Origin: Octopus vulgaris
Taxonomy: Eukaryota
DNA: 64,000 bases
Direction: 5' to 3'
NCBI GenBank assembly: GCA_951406725.2
Contig: OX597815.1
Location: 80,104,001-80,168,000, forward strand
Numbering within the stretch: the stretch's first letter is position 1; every line of letters begins with the position of its first letter. The translations under genes were made by a program, and so were the position numbers. Below the pieces are notes generated by a model. That model was given only the letters and a program-made list of their open reading frames with translations. It had not been told where the DNA came from and made no database searches. Shown in pieces: positions 1-14,760 of the stretch.

Positions 1-19
1 AATTAATGGCACACGTCTT

Positions 20-300
20 TTCACTGGTAAAGTTTGCATGAATAGATGGCTATAATGCAGTAGTTGGAACCGTAGTTAGGGTCATACTCATCAGTCTTGT
101 TGAGTAGGCTTTCCAAGCTATCACATATCTCTATAGTCAATCTTATCCCACAAGTGAGAATTTGTGAGAAAACTATGATACTTTGTAGTCGTTAGTATTG
201 TTAACAATACATACAGGGTGGGTGGGTTGTCCAGCAATACGATCTCTGTAGGTTTTATGATACTTCGTAAATCCATAAAAAGCGGTGTGGATTTCATTAT
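20..300 (-). pseudogene. Degraded Penelope-like reverse transcriptase fragment
   Basis: A minus-strand frame reads ...AFYGFTKYHKTYRDRIAGQPTHPVCIVNNTNDYKVS*F, resembling the PLE RT motif FYGLPKIHK...PLRPIV...Y.LS.F. Stops are present. Confidence 0.4.
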
Positions 301-807
301 TATGAGCATATAGAGTCTAAATTATTCTTTTCATAATCGAACGTAGTCCTCTCAATCATCCCTAACTTGCAGTTGTTCTATCTTGGAATCAAGGTAGAGC
401 AGGTCTCTATGTTTGCCCAATTTCCTGTCATTTATTTCGTCTTACTCATAACTGTTTTAATTATGCAGATTATCCATAAATGTTTCCTACACTTTGTAAA
501 TGTTTAAGTTTTATGTTAACTGGAGTCAAGGTAGGACAGGATAACAACGTTATGCTGATAAAGCCTACTGAAGCAGTATCACGTGCCCCCAGCTGTCCCC
601 TTATCGCTAGAAAAACAAACAAATCAGACTGTATTTATTTCAGTAGCATCATGTTGTTTCTTGAGAATTGGTGATTCTTGAGATTATCATCCAGAGTTGG
701 CTGCAATCACGACCAGGTGTTTGTTTATCTTCTCTCGAAGCAGGTTGATTTCAATAAATCAAGTATATTTCTTCTGACATATATGCCGTTATTCGTGTGT
801 ATGTGTG

Positions 808-912
808 TGTGTATGCACATACATACATACATACATACATACATACATACATACATAAATACATACATACATACATACATATATACATACATACATACAT
901 ACATACATACAT
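808..912. repeat. (TACA)n microsatellite, representative of dozens of (TA)n, (CA)n, (TACA)n, (TAA)n, (TATC)n and (GAA)n tracts in the window
   Basis: Seen directly in the sequence. Confidence 0.95.
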
Positions 913-1790
913 AATACAAATTTCATGCTTAAATACATAGAGCTAGACTTACATAACTATATACATGTAAGTAAGCATACATGCAAACGAATATACATAC
1001 TCGCATACATGCGTATATAACAGACATACGTATAACACATTGAGTATACGTCACAATGAAACTGACAACGTTAGTTGTGTATCAAATTTTCTCCTTTTAT
1101 ATTAATCACACTCCTTCCCCAGATTTATTCACAAGGGAAGATATATGCAATTCTTTTCTGAATTTAAATGCGTGCGCAAACACATACACACGTCTATCCC
1201 TCCCCCCACACACACTCTCTCTCTCACACACAAAGATACACACACACAGTTATATATAAGTATGTATGTATAAAGGTACGTATGAATACATACGTACATA
1301 ATATAAAATGATAATGTAAAAATACATGTCAATGATAAGGTTATGATATTTAAGATAGCATGTTAGCGCTTGTGAGTTTGATGCCTATATATATATATAC
1401 GGGTATATGTGTGTATGTGTGTATGTACGTGTATGTGTGCGTGCGTGTGCGTGCGCGCGCATGCGAGTGTGTGTGTGTTTGCCTGTGTGTGTGCGTATTT
1501 TCCAAGAAGAATCATTACACCTGGTGTCATATTCATATTTTTCAACACAATTTTGAGTTCACAATGCCCCTTCCAAAGGGATGAAATTTCCCACATGTTT
1601 AAAACCATGGGACTAAACCTTGTGGACAATACCTAAGTCTAACTGCAGTCCAATAGCAGAAGCATGTAACAGAATCAATTCACAATAGTGCATGAGCGCT
1701 TATATTCCATACACATGTATATGTACGTTTGTGTTGATATATGCACACTTCAAATTATATTGAAATCTATATGTTTATTTGTATACATTT

Positions 1791-2308
1791 CTCTTTCTTT
1801 ACTACCCACAGAGAGGACAAACAAGGACAGACAAACGGATTAAGTCGATTATACCGACCCCAGTGCGTATTTATTTAATCGACCCCGAAAGGATGAAAGG
1901 CAAAGTCAAACTCGGCAGAATTTGAACTCACAACGTAAAGACAGGCGAAATACCTATTTCTTTACTACCCACAAGGGGCTAAACAAAGAGAGGACAAACA
2001 AGGACAGACAAACGGATTAAGCCGATTATATCGACCCAGTGCGTAACTGGTACTTATTAATCGACCCCGAAAATACCTATTTCTTTACTACCCACAAGGG
2101 GCTAAACATAGAGAGGTCAAACAAGGACAGACAAACGGATTAAGTCGATTATATCGACCCCAGTGCGTAAATGGTACTTATTTAATCGACCCCGAAAGGG
2201 TGAAAGGCAAAGTCGACATCGGCGGAATTCGAACTCACAACGTAACGGCAGGCGAAATACCGAAAGCATTTCGCCCGGCATGCTAACGTTTCTGCCAGTT
2301 CGCCGCCT
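1791..2308 (-). mobile_element. Head-to-tail cluster of tRNA-derived SINEs with a Meta-domain-like core (one near-full copy at about 2077-2308 plus partial copies)
   Basis: Repeated unit (minus) GGCGGCGA.CTGGCAGAAACGTTAGCA...GAGTTC.AATTCCGCCGA.GTCGACTTTGCCTTTCA.CCTTTCGGGGTCGAT.AAATAAGTACCA...GTGGGTAGTAAAGAAATAG. It has a tRNA-like A/B box head, and the core resembles the MetaSINE/Sauria-SINE central domain. Confidence 0.85.
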
Positions 2309-3329
2309 TTTATTTGTATGTATTTATGATATAAGTATATACACATACGTAAAAAGAAAGAGAAAGAGAGTGTGTAAGATAGAGAGAGAAAGAGGGCGGG
2401 GAGGTAGAAAAAAAGACGCACACTTGCATTCATACATGTTAGTATTTACATTAATATTTTGCTCCCCATGTATATATACGTATATGAGTGTATTTATGTG
2501 TCTCTTTCTGCATCTGTACATACATACATACATACATACATACATACATACATACATACATACATACATACATACATACAAGTGCTTATATAACATATAC
2601 AGAAACACACATACACATATGTCCATGTATGTATATACGTATGTATGTTTGTATGTATGTATTTATTTATGTGCATACACATATATATTGAATGCAAATC
2701 CATACATGCAGACATAAAGACGTGCATTAATACTGACAATGCGAGATTTGCTTTGATCATGTTCTGCGTGACATAACAATAGGTCAGAAACGGTGGGGTG
2801 TTTGCAACTACGGAGATTAATTCTCTTTGTGTTCATATATGTATATTTGAACACTTGTAGGACTATACACCTATGTGTTTGATAGCGTGTGTTTCACAGT
2901 GTGTTTGTGTGTGTCTTGTAATGAGTGTGTGCCTATGTTATTCTCTAGTGAGATGAATCTGGCTGTATCTTTAACTTTTCATGGCATGTTTTATATGAAA
3001 GTGTTTGTCTTTGTTTTGTTGTTGTATTATTGTTAGTGTGTGTTTTTGTGTGCGTGCGTGCGTGCATGCGTATGTGTGTGTACTTTTGTAAATGTGGTGA
3101 ACGTTAGTGAGCAACGGACATTTCTGCCAGATCTCAACATAATGGTGTTACTAGCTAAAACAATAACGAGTTTGGCTGGTCATATGGACTAGTAATATTG
3201 TTGATGATGCACTAATGGTGGCATTGGGAGCGATGGTTGCGGTGGAGGCAGTGGAAAAAATTATAATGACTATGCTGACGTTGGTGTTGGTTACATAAAA
3301 GCGGTGGCCTTATAAAACTGCGTGTCTGA

Positions 3330-3380
<51 letters not shown>

Positions 3381-3451
3381 AATACACATAAATACATATA
3401 TATATATACACACACAAACATATATACATACGTACCTATATATATATACAA

Positions 3452-3514
<63 letters not shown>

Positions 3515-3910
3515 CACACACACATATGGGCTAAAAAGCACACATGGAACAAGAAGAATGAAAGATGGACAATTACGACAACGTGAGAGGTTACAATAGG
3601 CAGAGAAAAATTGAAAAGGTAGGGAACAAAATGTTAACGCAGGAACAAACAAAATAAAAAAGATAAAGAAAAAAAAAGTTAGCTGTGTAGAAACAAAAAG
3701 AAGCAGAATAACGTTTCGGCTGAACCATTTATCAGAGCTGAGTGGGAAAGAAATAGGTTTCACAAAAGAAAGAAGAAATCAAATGATGTCTTTCGACTAC
3801 ATACTGTAGAATGGTTTCTACAGCATCACGTATGAATACACACACACAAGCGCGCGCGCACATACACACAAACGTATGTACGTTCATATATATATGTATA
3901 TATACATGTG

Positions 3911-3962
<52 letters not shown>

Positions 3963-3986
3963 TGTGCCTGTATATATATATATAAA

Positions 3987-4064
<78 letters not shown>

Positions 4065-4830
4065 CATACATATGTATATATGTATATATATGTATATATA
4101 TATACATATATATGCATACACATGCATATATATAATTTTATGTCGTTGTCTCCATAAAATGAAAATGTAGATACGCCCGCAGGCACTCTCAGCTTGTAGA
4201 ATGCCAAGACTAGTATATACAGCAAAACTAAATCGATTATATATCGTATTATTCTGCAAAAACAGGTTTTTATGAGACACGCTAAAAACACGACTATGTT
4301 TCAGTTCTCACTTTTTTAATAAAGTAATTGAATGTTTTCATATGAATCCTTTAAACACACGTTTGAAACATTAAATTTCCTAAATCCTTTATATTTGCCA
4401 AAATCCTAGACTCTGATAATTCCCAAGTTTCAGTTATTAGTGTGTGTGACAGCAAGAGCCCTGATATTATTTTGTTAAAGGGTTAGATATTTTGGCTGAT
4501 ATTTGAAGTTTAGCCTTTAGATATGTATCCGACTGTTTCCTAATTTGTTTGTGATGGGTGTATATGTTATCTGTGCGTTTATATTAACGTCGTGCAACCT
4601 TCTTTAAGCATCTTTTTTATTCCGAAAATCCTATATAGTAGGGATGTATTTTCAACCAATGTCTTCCTATCTAAATTCGTTACATGTTGTGTGGCTTAGT
4701 ATGTGTTAATTTCCTTTTGTTGTAAGTGCATAGTGAGCCTCGGAAGGACGTGTTACTTCTATGGCCAATGTAACAGAAAGAGATATATAATTTAAAACTT
4801 TCACTTTAAAATAAAATACATGCGCGCTCG

Positions 4831-4889
<59 letters not shown>

Positions 4890-4959
4890 ATATTAATAAA
4901 ATCAGAAGAAAATTCTTTGCGAACTTTCTGGAAAAAAGTAAGTCGGTATTTACTTTTTA

Positions 4960-6470
<1,511 letters not shown>

Positions 6471-6641
6471 TGAAAAATCTAAACACTGCCTTTTTCTATG
6501 ATGAAATTCTCGAATCATTTCCTGTTTACATGTTCACGGTATAAATTTACTGAGTGTGCGTTGATGAATACACACACACACACACACACACATACACACA
6601 CACACACGTAAATAAATAGAGAGAGAGAAACAATTATAAGT

Positions 6642-6761
6642 CCAACAGCTGTTTCTGTGGGTTTGGAGATCCATAATAGTGTTGGTAAATGTGGTTCATC
6701 ACAGTATATGTCTGTAATGGATACAATCTACATTAGATAAGACGATCCTCCGTCATCAGGG
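6642..6761 (-). ncRNA. Degenerate type I hammerhead ribozyme with a long stem II insert
   Basis: Minus: cc-CTGATGA-(~100 nt)-GAAA-cagctg-TT-gg, with palindromic stem III. Confidence 0.5.
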
Positions 6762-7174
6762 TAGAGAAGATCTTACATTTCAGATCTTATAACACCTTTT
6801 TCCTACCCCTTTAATTTTCTCTGTCGTTTGTACTCCAAGTTGGACCTATTAATAGAAATATCTATATATTTATACTTAAAAATTCATCTGAAAGTCTACA
6901 CCTTTTGCTTTCTCTCGTTTTGTGTGTATACATATATACATATTGTGTATTTCATACCCAAACTATTATATTTAATATAACTAATGTATTTACTTTGTTT
7001 ATCCGCTTAATTGCCTCTATATTCGCACAACTTGATCCCTATAACAGTCATTCTCTACTTTGCGGAACCGATCTCCTATAAAGACAGCAGAATCTAAGCT
7101 TCAATCTTTTGAGCACTATTAAGTGTCTTATATACCGAAAATCTCTAAATTGAATCTGTGAACTATATATATAT

Positions 7175-7555
7175 CTTGTGCAGTAGTTGTTCGAAGTTTG
7201 ACACAGAGAGAGAATGAAGCACGAAGAGATTAAGAGAAAGCTTAGAAAGAATGAGCCAGTGGAAAATGAGGGAGTGTTGCTTTTTATGTGTGTAATTTGT
7301 GAGAGGAAATGCTTGAATCGTGCAGGCCTGGTCAGCCATCAGAGAACTCAGAGAATCAAACCATTGTAGATTGTGACATGGCTATTGTTCACAATAGAAC
7401 ATGTGCAACGTGTGGAAATTTGTGCCTTTCAGTTGGAGGACTGAAAAGGCATGTCAAAAGAGTTCATACTGTGGCACCTGTTTCTCTTGCCAGCCAGCAC
7501 AGCTGTGTAAATCATGTGTAAATCATGTGCCGGGCTGAAGAGTCATACAAGTGCC
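7175..7555 (+). pseudogene. 3' end of an RTE-like LINE ORF with C2H2-like zinc fingers
   Basis: Reads FMCVICERKCLNRAGLVSHQR, then CATCGNLCLSVGGLKRHVKRVH, then C...KSCAGLKSH. This matches the C..C.R....GL.SH.R terminus of RTE/BovB-type ORFs. Confidence 0.6.
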
Positions 7556-8340
7556 TCATATTGCATCATCAATGACTCATTTCAGTGATTTTTTCTAGCA
7601 ATGGCTTTGCTCGTATACTTGAAAGCAACTACTATACTATGTGTGTGTGTGTGTGTGTGTGTGAATACATATATATCGGTAACAGGTGGATTACGTATTC
7701 TTTCATAGGTAGTGACCGTCTTTAAATCAATATATTCTAGGAGAAATTTTGAAAAATATAGCATATGTAACGATGTAAGTGAAAATGCAACAGACTACTG
7801 GAGTTTATCTCTGAACGGAAATTATTTACGACAAATGGAACGTTAATAAAAGGTTTTGTACTCTCCAATATCTAGACGAGAATAGGATTTCTGAGTGACT
7901 TCGAAAGAGGACTTTTTTAAGACAGCCACCTACTACCTTTCATATCGAAAAGAGCATTAATAGTGAGAAACATACAGATCGCGCACGCACACGCACCCAC
8001 GCGCGTTCTCACATACACACAAACACGCAAACACACACAAAAACACACACACTCACATACTCACACACTCTATTCCCCACTCCCTCTCCCCCTCTGTGTC
8101 TCTCAATCTCTCAGGTAGACACACAAAGACCTACACATATGTATGCAAGTGACTCTTGTTAAACTTAGATATCTCTAGCACTCCCTTCGCAGCAAGCTTA
8201 GGGTAAAAAGATGAGAAGAGCAACTATGAAAAGAACTAATCTATTTTGATGGAAGCGAGGGAGAATGAGGGATTTATAATATATTTTTCTAAGTATGTTT
8301 GTATGTATGTATGTATGTATGTATTTCATGTATGTATGTA

Positions 8341-8379
<39 letters not shown>

Positions 8380-8492
8380 TTGTACATATGCATAAGTACT
8401 TACAGATACGCACACATATATAATAAACATTTAAAATATATATATATATATATATGTATACAGGCGCGCACCGTTATACATACGTACATACA

Positions 8493-8523
<31 letters not shown>

Positions 8524-8969
8524 TCACATATTTATATACGTCTATATCTATACACCCCCCCACATTAATATAATACTTATACTGATAGACGCATTCCTTG
8601 CATTTGATATCATCACTTTGTTGGTTGTTCACTCCTCTAGGCATACCATTTTCTTTTACAGCTGTGTTCATTTTCTGAAATATATTATTTACGTGTTTTT
8701 TTTATTTCATAGTGAAGGACTAGGTGAATTTGAAACGCCTATTGTGACGAAACTCTCTCACTCCCTCTGTGTATATAATATACACACACACATAATGTAT
8801 GTATGCATACATATATATAATTATGGATATATGTATATGTTTATACACATATTTATATGCATGTACGTGTACACACACACACACACATATATATATACAT
8901 ATATACATATATATATACAAATATATATATATATATACATATATATAGATGATAGATACAGACATATAT

Positions 8970-9008
<39 letters not shown>

Positions 9009-9011
9009 TAC

Positions 9012-9044
<33 letters not shown>

Positions 9045-9093
9045 AACATACATATATATATATACAAACATACATACATACATTCATACATAC

Positions 9094-9165
<72 letters not shown>

Positions 9166-9361
9166 CAATAAGAAAATGGAGGGGATCAAGAGATGGTATT
9201 AATCAACTTTTAGACAGTATATTACGTCTTTTTATTTATTTAAAAAAACAATTATAACAATATACATACATGTATAACATATTATGCTTTACATATATAA
9301 TATATAAAAATACCAGTAATTATTAAAATATATAACGTAGAGCATAGAAAATAGGATAGTA

Positions 9362-9483
9362 TCTTACAGCTGTTTCAGCCAAGAGGCCGAAATACCCCAC
9401 TCTACTTCCATCCCTTTAGTGAACTGAAGTATTTGGTAGATAAGACTAAGGTACTTGGGTGTGCTTCTGGGCTTTGTCAGAGA
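9362..9483 (-). ncRNA. Degenerate type I hammerhead ribozyme
   Basis: Minus: tct-CTGACAA-agcc...ggct-GAAA-cagctg-TA-aga. Stems I and II close correctly; the core has one substitution. Confidence 0.55.
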
Positions 9484-10055
9484 GTTTAGAAAGTTCATAA
9501 ATTTAATAACACGTTTTTCATCATTATATATTATAATTTTTCAAATTCACCGCGCAAGCGCAGTTTCAGTCGGTAGCAAATGAAAAAATGCCGAACTAAT
9601 CTTCTGAAAATGCTAAAATCATATACGTAAAATATATAAGGTAGAGAGTTTTTTTTAGAAAATTCACTACCAGTTGCCTAGCATGTATAAAAAGTCAATA
9701 GACAACATATTCTCAATACAAAATAGTGTACATTTAAACACAAGAGAAGCTGCCTGTCTGTCTATCTACATATATCTGCGTGTGTGTTTACGTTTGTGTG
9801 CGTGTTGACTTCTTTTTTAGATTTCTAGCAAGTGTTTATATCAATTGTATTGCTTAATTAGCAAAATACTTCAAGACAACGTATACTGCAGCTCAGGTAT
9901 CGCTCATTTCATGTAGGTTCTGCTACGCGCTAGTGTCTGACTGTCTGAAAGGCAGTCCTTCAGAATCATTTATTCTATGAGAGGTAGTTTTCGATGTACA
10001 ATGCTTCGTTCAATAGATACTTTCCATTCCATTCTTAACATGTAATGAAAATAGG

Positions 10056-10212
10056 AGCAACTGGGTGTGTAGTATGATGTTTGCCTACAAACCACATGGT
10101 TCCGTGTTCAGTCCCACTGCGTGGCACCTTGGCTAAGTGCCTTCTACTATAGCTTCAGGCTGACCAAAGCCTTGTGTGTGGATTTGGTAGACGGAAACTG
10201 AAAGAAGCCTGT

Positions 10213-10216
<4 letters not shown>
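10056..10216 (+). mobile_element. CORE-like SINE, 5' half
   Basis: Same head and core as 5265-5760; ends in (TA)n. Confidence 0.85.
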
Positions 10217-10266
<50 letters not shown>

Positions 10267-10540
10267 ACAGGTTTCTTTCAGGTTAGCTGAGTTAGAGTTT
10301 AAAATAACCGTCTAAGGGATGAAAGTATCCATTATACTACCGGTATATTACCTATATTTAACCATGGGCACACATATGCAAGTATATTATGCTCATAAAT
10401 TATAGGTAAAGACAAGGATAAACATGACTTTATCAGGAATCAAATTTTAAAGAAAACAGAAAATGGAGAAATATTGATGAACAACAATTGACTTACATCA
10501 ATTATTATTCATTAATTCAATACAAATAGACTGCATCCCA

Positions 10541-10635
10541 CCTAACAGCTGTTTCTGCTTCCAATGTTGATATGCTAAAATATATTTATCATATTTGGTA
10601 ATAAAACCGATCTGAATCATGGAGCTTGATCAGAG
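10541..10635 (-). ncRNA. Degenerate type I hammerhead ribozyme
   Basis: Minus: ct-CTGATCA-agctcca...tggaagca-GAAA-cagctg-TT-ag. Confidence 0.5.
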
Positions 10636-11569
10636 TGAAGAATAAATAGAAAGAAGAACCCAGAGAAGAACAAGGAAAAGTTGAATATGGTTATAATCAT
10701 ACCATTTTGCTAGTGTATCTCTTTAGGACGTTAAGTAAATGACTAAACTTAAAATAGTATCTGGTGGGTTAATCCTTTGTACGGGGTGGAGGCAGAGTAT
10801 GGACAAATAATAATAATAAAAAATAATAATAGCGGGATACGCCAATAGGTTTTAGTCGAAGAAGGGGTGAAGAACCAATAATGTTTTAAATTAATCATAA
10901 TAATTTTTAATAATTATGTTTATAGTACTAATTAACAGTATTTATCATAATAAAGTGCTCATCGATTAGATGCAATTTTTTACTTACTAGGTGATTAAAC
11001 CCATTCACCTGTTGTCAGAAGTGAGATAGAACAAGGTCCAGCATTCGATATAATTAGTCAGTTAAAATAAAAAAAAAAGACCGGCGATTGAGACCGTTAT
11101 ACGAGGTAAGATAAATATATAAATAAGTAAATAAAAGGAAAAATGGTATGTGTTATAAGGAACCCGAAAACGCTTCGGGTTTTGGGGTTCTGGTATGCAT
11201 GCTATCGGAGCGTAGCATGAGTAGAATGTGAGGAGGTAAACAAACCAACAGCGACTGCTAAGCGATTTAGAGAGACATGCACAGACACAAAGACACACAA
11301 TGGTATGGCTCTGACGAAAATAAATTTCTTTAGGTCGTTCAATTTTTCCCAACTGATCAATAAACCAATTGAGTAAATCTATCAGTAAATTGATGCTATT
11401 TACGTCAGAACCAAGAGAAAAGCCGACCAGTCTGGAGAAGACTTATCAAGTCATGCCAAAATCATGAACTACCATGGTCATGACGACTGACTTCAGATAT
11501 ATATATATATATATATATATATGGAAAGAAAGAGAGAGGGGAAGAAGGGGAGAGAGAGACTGGCTTACA

Positions 11570-11685
11570 CATAATTTCCGTCTACCATTAGTTGGCCCGG
11601 GGCTATAATAGAAGATATTTGACCAAGATGCTTCAGAGAAAGACTGAACACGAAACCATGTGGTTGCGAAGCATTTTTCGTAACT
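11570..11685 (-). mobile_element. Degraded CORE-like SINE head
   Basis: TTTCCGTCTACCA...GGCTATAATAGAAGA...GACTGAAC.CGAAACCATGTGGTT. Confidence 0.65.
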
Positions 11686-13354
11686 AAACAATAATCGATA
11701 AGCCTTAAAAAAAAAGAGAAGAAAAAATAAAAACTCGATTGTTGTCTTGTTTAATCACTCGAAAACATGTAGTTTGAAGAGTGCAACTGTTTGCATCTAC
11801 ATGCATCAATGAGATCACAGAGTAATATGCCAAATATCTCGAAATATCTGCGCAGATTTTAACGTGTTCTTTGGCAAAAATTTTTTCTTTAGTAGTATTA
11901 GTCTCATTTCAATATAACAGAATTATGAGTAAAACCAGACGCCAAATTGTAATGTAATACATGACCGTAAGATTTAAAATAAAAAGTAGAACATACATCC
12001 CCCTCTTGATTAAAATTTAATACCGAAATAATAGGGATTATGAACGTTGAAAATGCGTTTCCGGTCGGTTCGTTTGATTTGAGAAACGTACATATTTTTA
12101 GAACTATTTTCCCACGTCCTGTGCTTTCTTCGTCTCGTTTCGTTTTAGATAAGATTCTATATTCTATAAACCATCGATTAACTCCAGAAAAATGTTTGTG
12201 TATAAATTATGACCCAAGCAATTCTAGAATAAATGAAAAGAGCGTAGACAATATTTATTTATCTACATCAGACAAAAGACAGTCCTGTCGCTTTTCATTT
12301 TTAAATAATATTATTTTGACGTTAAGATACAAAATATCTCAGAAAAAAAAACATACATACAAAAAAATCTCAGACCTCCTCCCCCCAGAAAAACAAAAAA
12401 ATAATCACCCAAGCAGCAATTCTAGGAAGGACGGCTAACTGGTGTTGAAGTTTATGGAGTGTACCACTACCATTGTGAATAAATATATAAATAACATTTA
12501 GATATCTTCTAAGTTGATTCTTTTATTTATATAGCATGTTTGTTTTCATTTTCGTGTATCGAAAAATTAAGAAATAGAAAAAACAACTTATTCTATTCGA
12601 AAAGTTGTAGCAATAAAACAAGATTAGAATCACTATTTTAGACAATGTAATTTTATTCCAATAGAGTAAACGCTAAATATATCCAACAGACACTCCGAAA
12701 AAGAAAAGAATAAAGCTGACTAGAGGAAATAACAATAACATTGCATGCAACTAGAACAGATATTGAACCAAATTTATTTCATTGGTCTTTGCTGGCACTG
12801 GGATCTAATCCAAGAGAACATTTTCATAAAAGGAGTTAAATTAAAGAAAACATCAATTGATTGAATATTGTGTTAAATAGTGCATCTAAAGTACAAAAAT
12901 GTATAGGAAAACAATCAATACAATAGCTACGCTTGTAATAACACATCTTCAATACTGTAAAGTAAAACTAGAATAGAAGATATTAATCAAAAACCCGGAA
13001 ATTGTTCTTATTTTATAAAGTATTCTATAAAGTACACCAGCGTCCACTAGTTGAATGTGAAAGAGGCAGGAGAAATAAAGGGCTTTAGAAATAAAATCTA
13101 GACGCAAAACATATTATTAATCTTTAACCTTTAAACTTGTTGAGAGGAAAAACAACTCAAGATTTTATGCTAACACGAATAAATCACAATCTATTAAAGA
13201 ACCACAAGGTATAAGAAAGAAATAAGTTCAAAATAGGAAAATAAAAATCAAGCACATATAAAAACCTGAAACAACACACACATATACACACACGCACCCA
13301 CGCGCGCGCACACACAAACTACAACAATGTAAATAAAAGACACATGTTAGAACA

Positions 13355-13722
13355 GCGTCGCTGTGTTGTAAGAAGCTTCCCAACCACATGGTTCGGGGTT
13401 CAGTCCCACTGCGTGGCACTTTGGGCAAGTGTCTTCTACTATAGCCTCGGGCCGACCAAAGTCTTGTAAGTGGATTTGGTAGACGGAAACTGAAAGAAGC
13501 CGTCGTATATATTTGTTGTCTGTGTTTGTACCCACACCATCGCTTGAGAACCGATGTTGGTGTGCTAAAGTCCCAGTAACTTAGCGGTTCGGCAAAGGAG
13601 TCCGATAGAATAAGTACTAGGCTTATAAAGAATAAGTCCTGGGGTCTATTTGTTTGACTAAAGGCGGTGCTCCAGCATAGCAATACTCAAATGACTGACA
13701 CAAGTGAAAGAATAAAAGAATA
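13355..13722 (+). mobile_element. CORE-like SINE, near full length
   Basis: Head, core and 3' tail all match the family; the internal microsatellite is short. Confidence 0.9.
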
Positions 13723-13941
13723 AATATTGTTCATAAATACACCCCCATTCTGAAAACGTTTTTCTGAGAATATACAAAATTGTGACGTGCAAATTACCAA
13801 TCTAAAGTTGGTCATCATTAAATACGATCAAAAATAAAAGGGACCATAGTGTAAGCTGTGACAAATAATCACTTTGAAGATATAAGCTAACATAAAAAAT
13901 TTTAAATCAAACAAGAGGCTCAAGAATAAGGAGTTGCCATG

Positions 13942-14295
13942 TTATTACATCCGCCTAATCGAAGGTGGAGGTATTGTTTTCAGTCGTGTTTGATATCTCA
14001 AGAACTGCTGAATAGATTCGGATGAAACTTTCAGGGATGTTTCGCCTCATGATAGGCACGAACTGATTAGATTTTGTGATCGATCTGCTACCCGACAAGG
14101 ATTCTGAATTATTTTTCCGTTTTTTTTTTTACTTAATTTTAGAGAGCGGTCAAGTTCATTTTTAGTATTCTCGTTTGTGAGACCAGTTGAGTTTATTACA
14201 GATATTCTCATTTTAAAAATCATCTCTGGCTAATCGTTGAGAAGACGTTGGTGTTGCCTTGGCGGAGGTTTGCGCTCTCTGAGTGCTCTTGTCTT
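13942..14295 (+). mobile_element. HINE/DINE-like non-autonomous Helentron-associated element
   Basis: 5' TTATTACATCCGCC..AAGG..GAGGTATTGTTTTC, subterminal inverted CCTTGGCGGAGGT, and 3' hairpin GCGCTC-TCT-GAGTGC. A second copy lies at 45290-45520. Confidence 0.65.
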
Positions 14296-14414
14296 ATGTT
14301 ATTCGATGAAATATATGATCCTCTTAGACAACAGATTATATTTATACAAACTATTTACAGATCACCAGTTTGGGTCAGACACGAATTGATAAAGATGCAA
14401 ATCTTTTCATCTTT

Positions 14415-14499
14415 TACTTATTTCAGTCGTTGTACAGCATCAATACTGGGGCGCTGCCTTGAAGGTTTTAGCTGCATACGGGTGAATAAACACAAAGAC

Positions 14500-14551
<52 letters not shown>

Positions 14552-14567
14552 TATATATATATATATA

Positions 14568-14606
<39 letters not shown>

Positions 14607-14760
14607 ATATATATACAACGGGTTTCTACGTATTTCCCGACTAACAAATTCACTCACAAGGTATTCTTTGACCCAGGGTTATAGTAGAAGATATTTGTCC
14701 AAAGTGTCGCACAGGGGGACTGAACCCGAAACCTCATGATTGCAAAGTGAGCTTTTTAAT
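14415..14760 (-). mobile_element. Degraded CORE-like SINE
   Basis: Family 3' tail and head flank a (TA)n tract. Confidence 0.7.
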
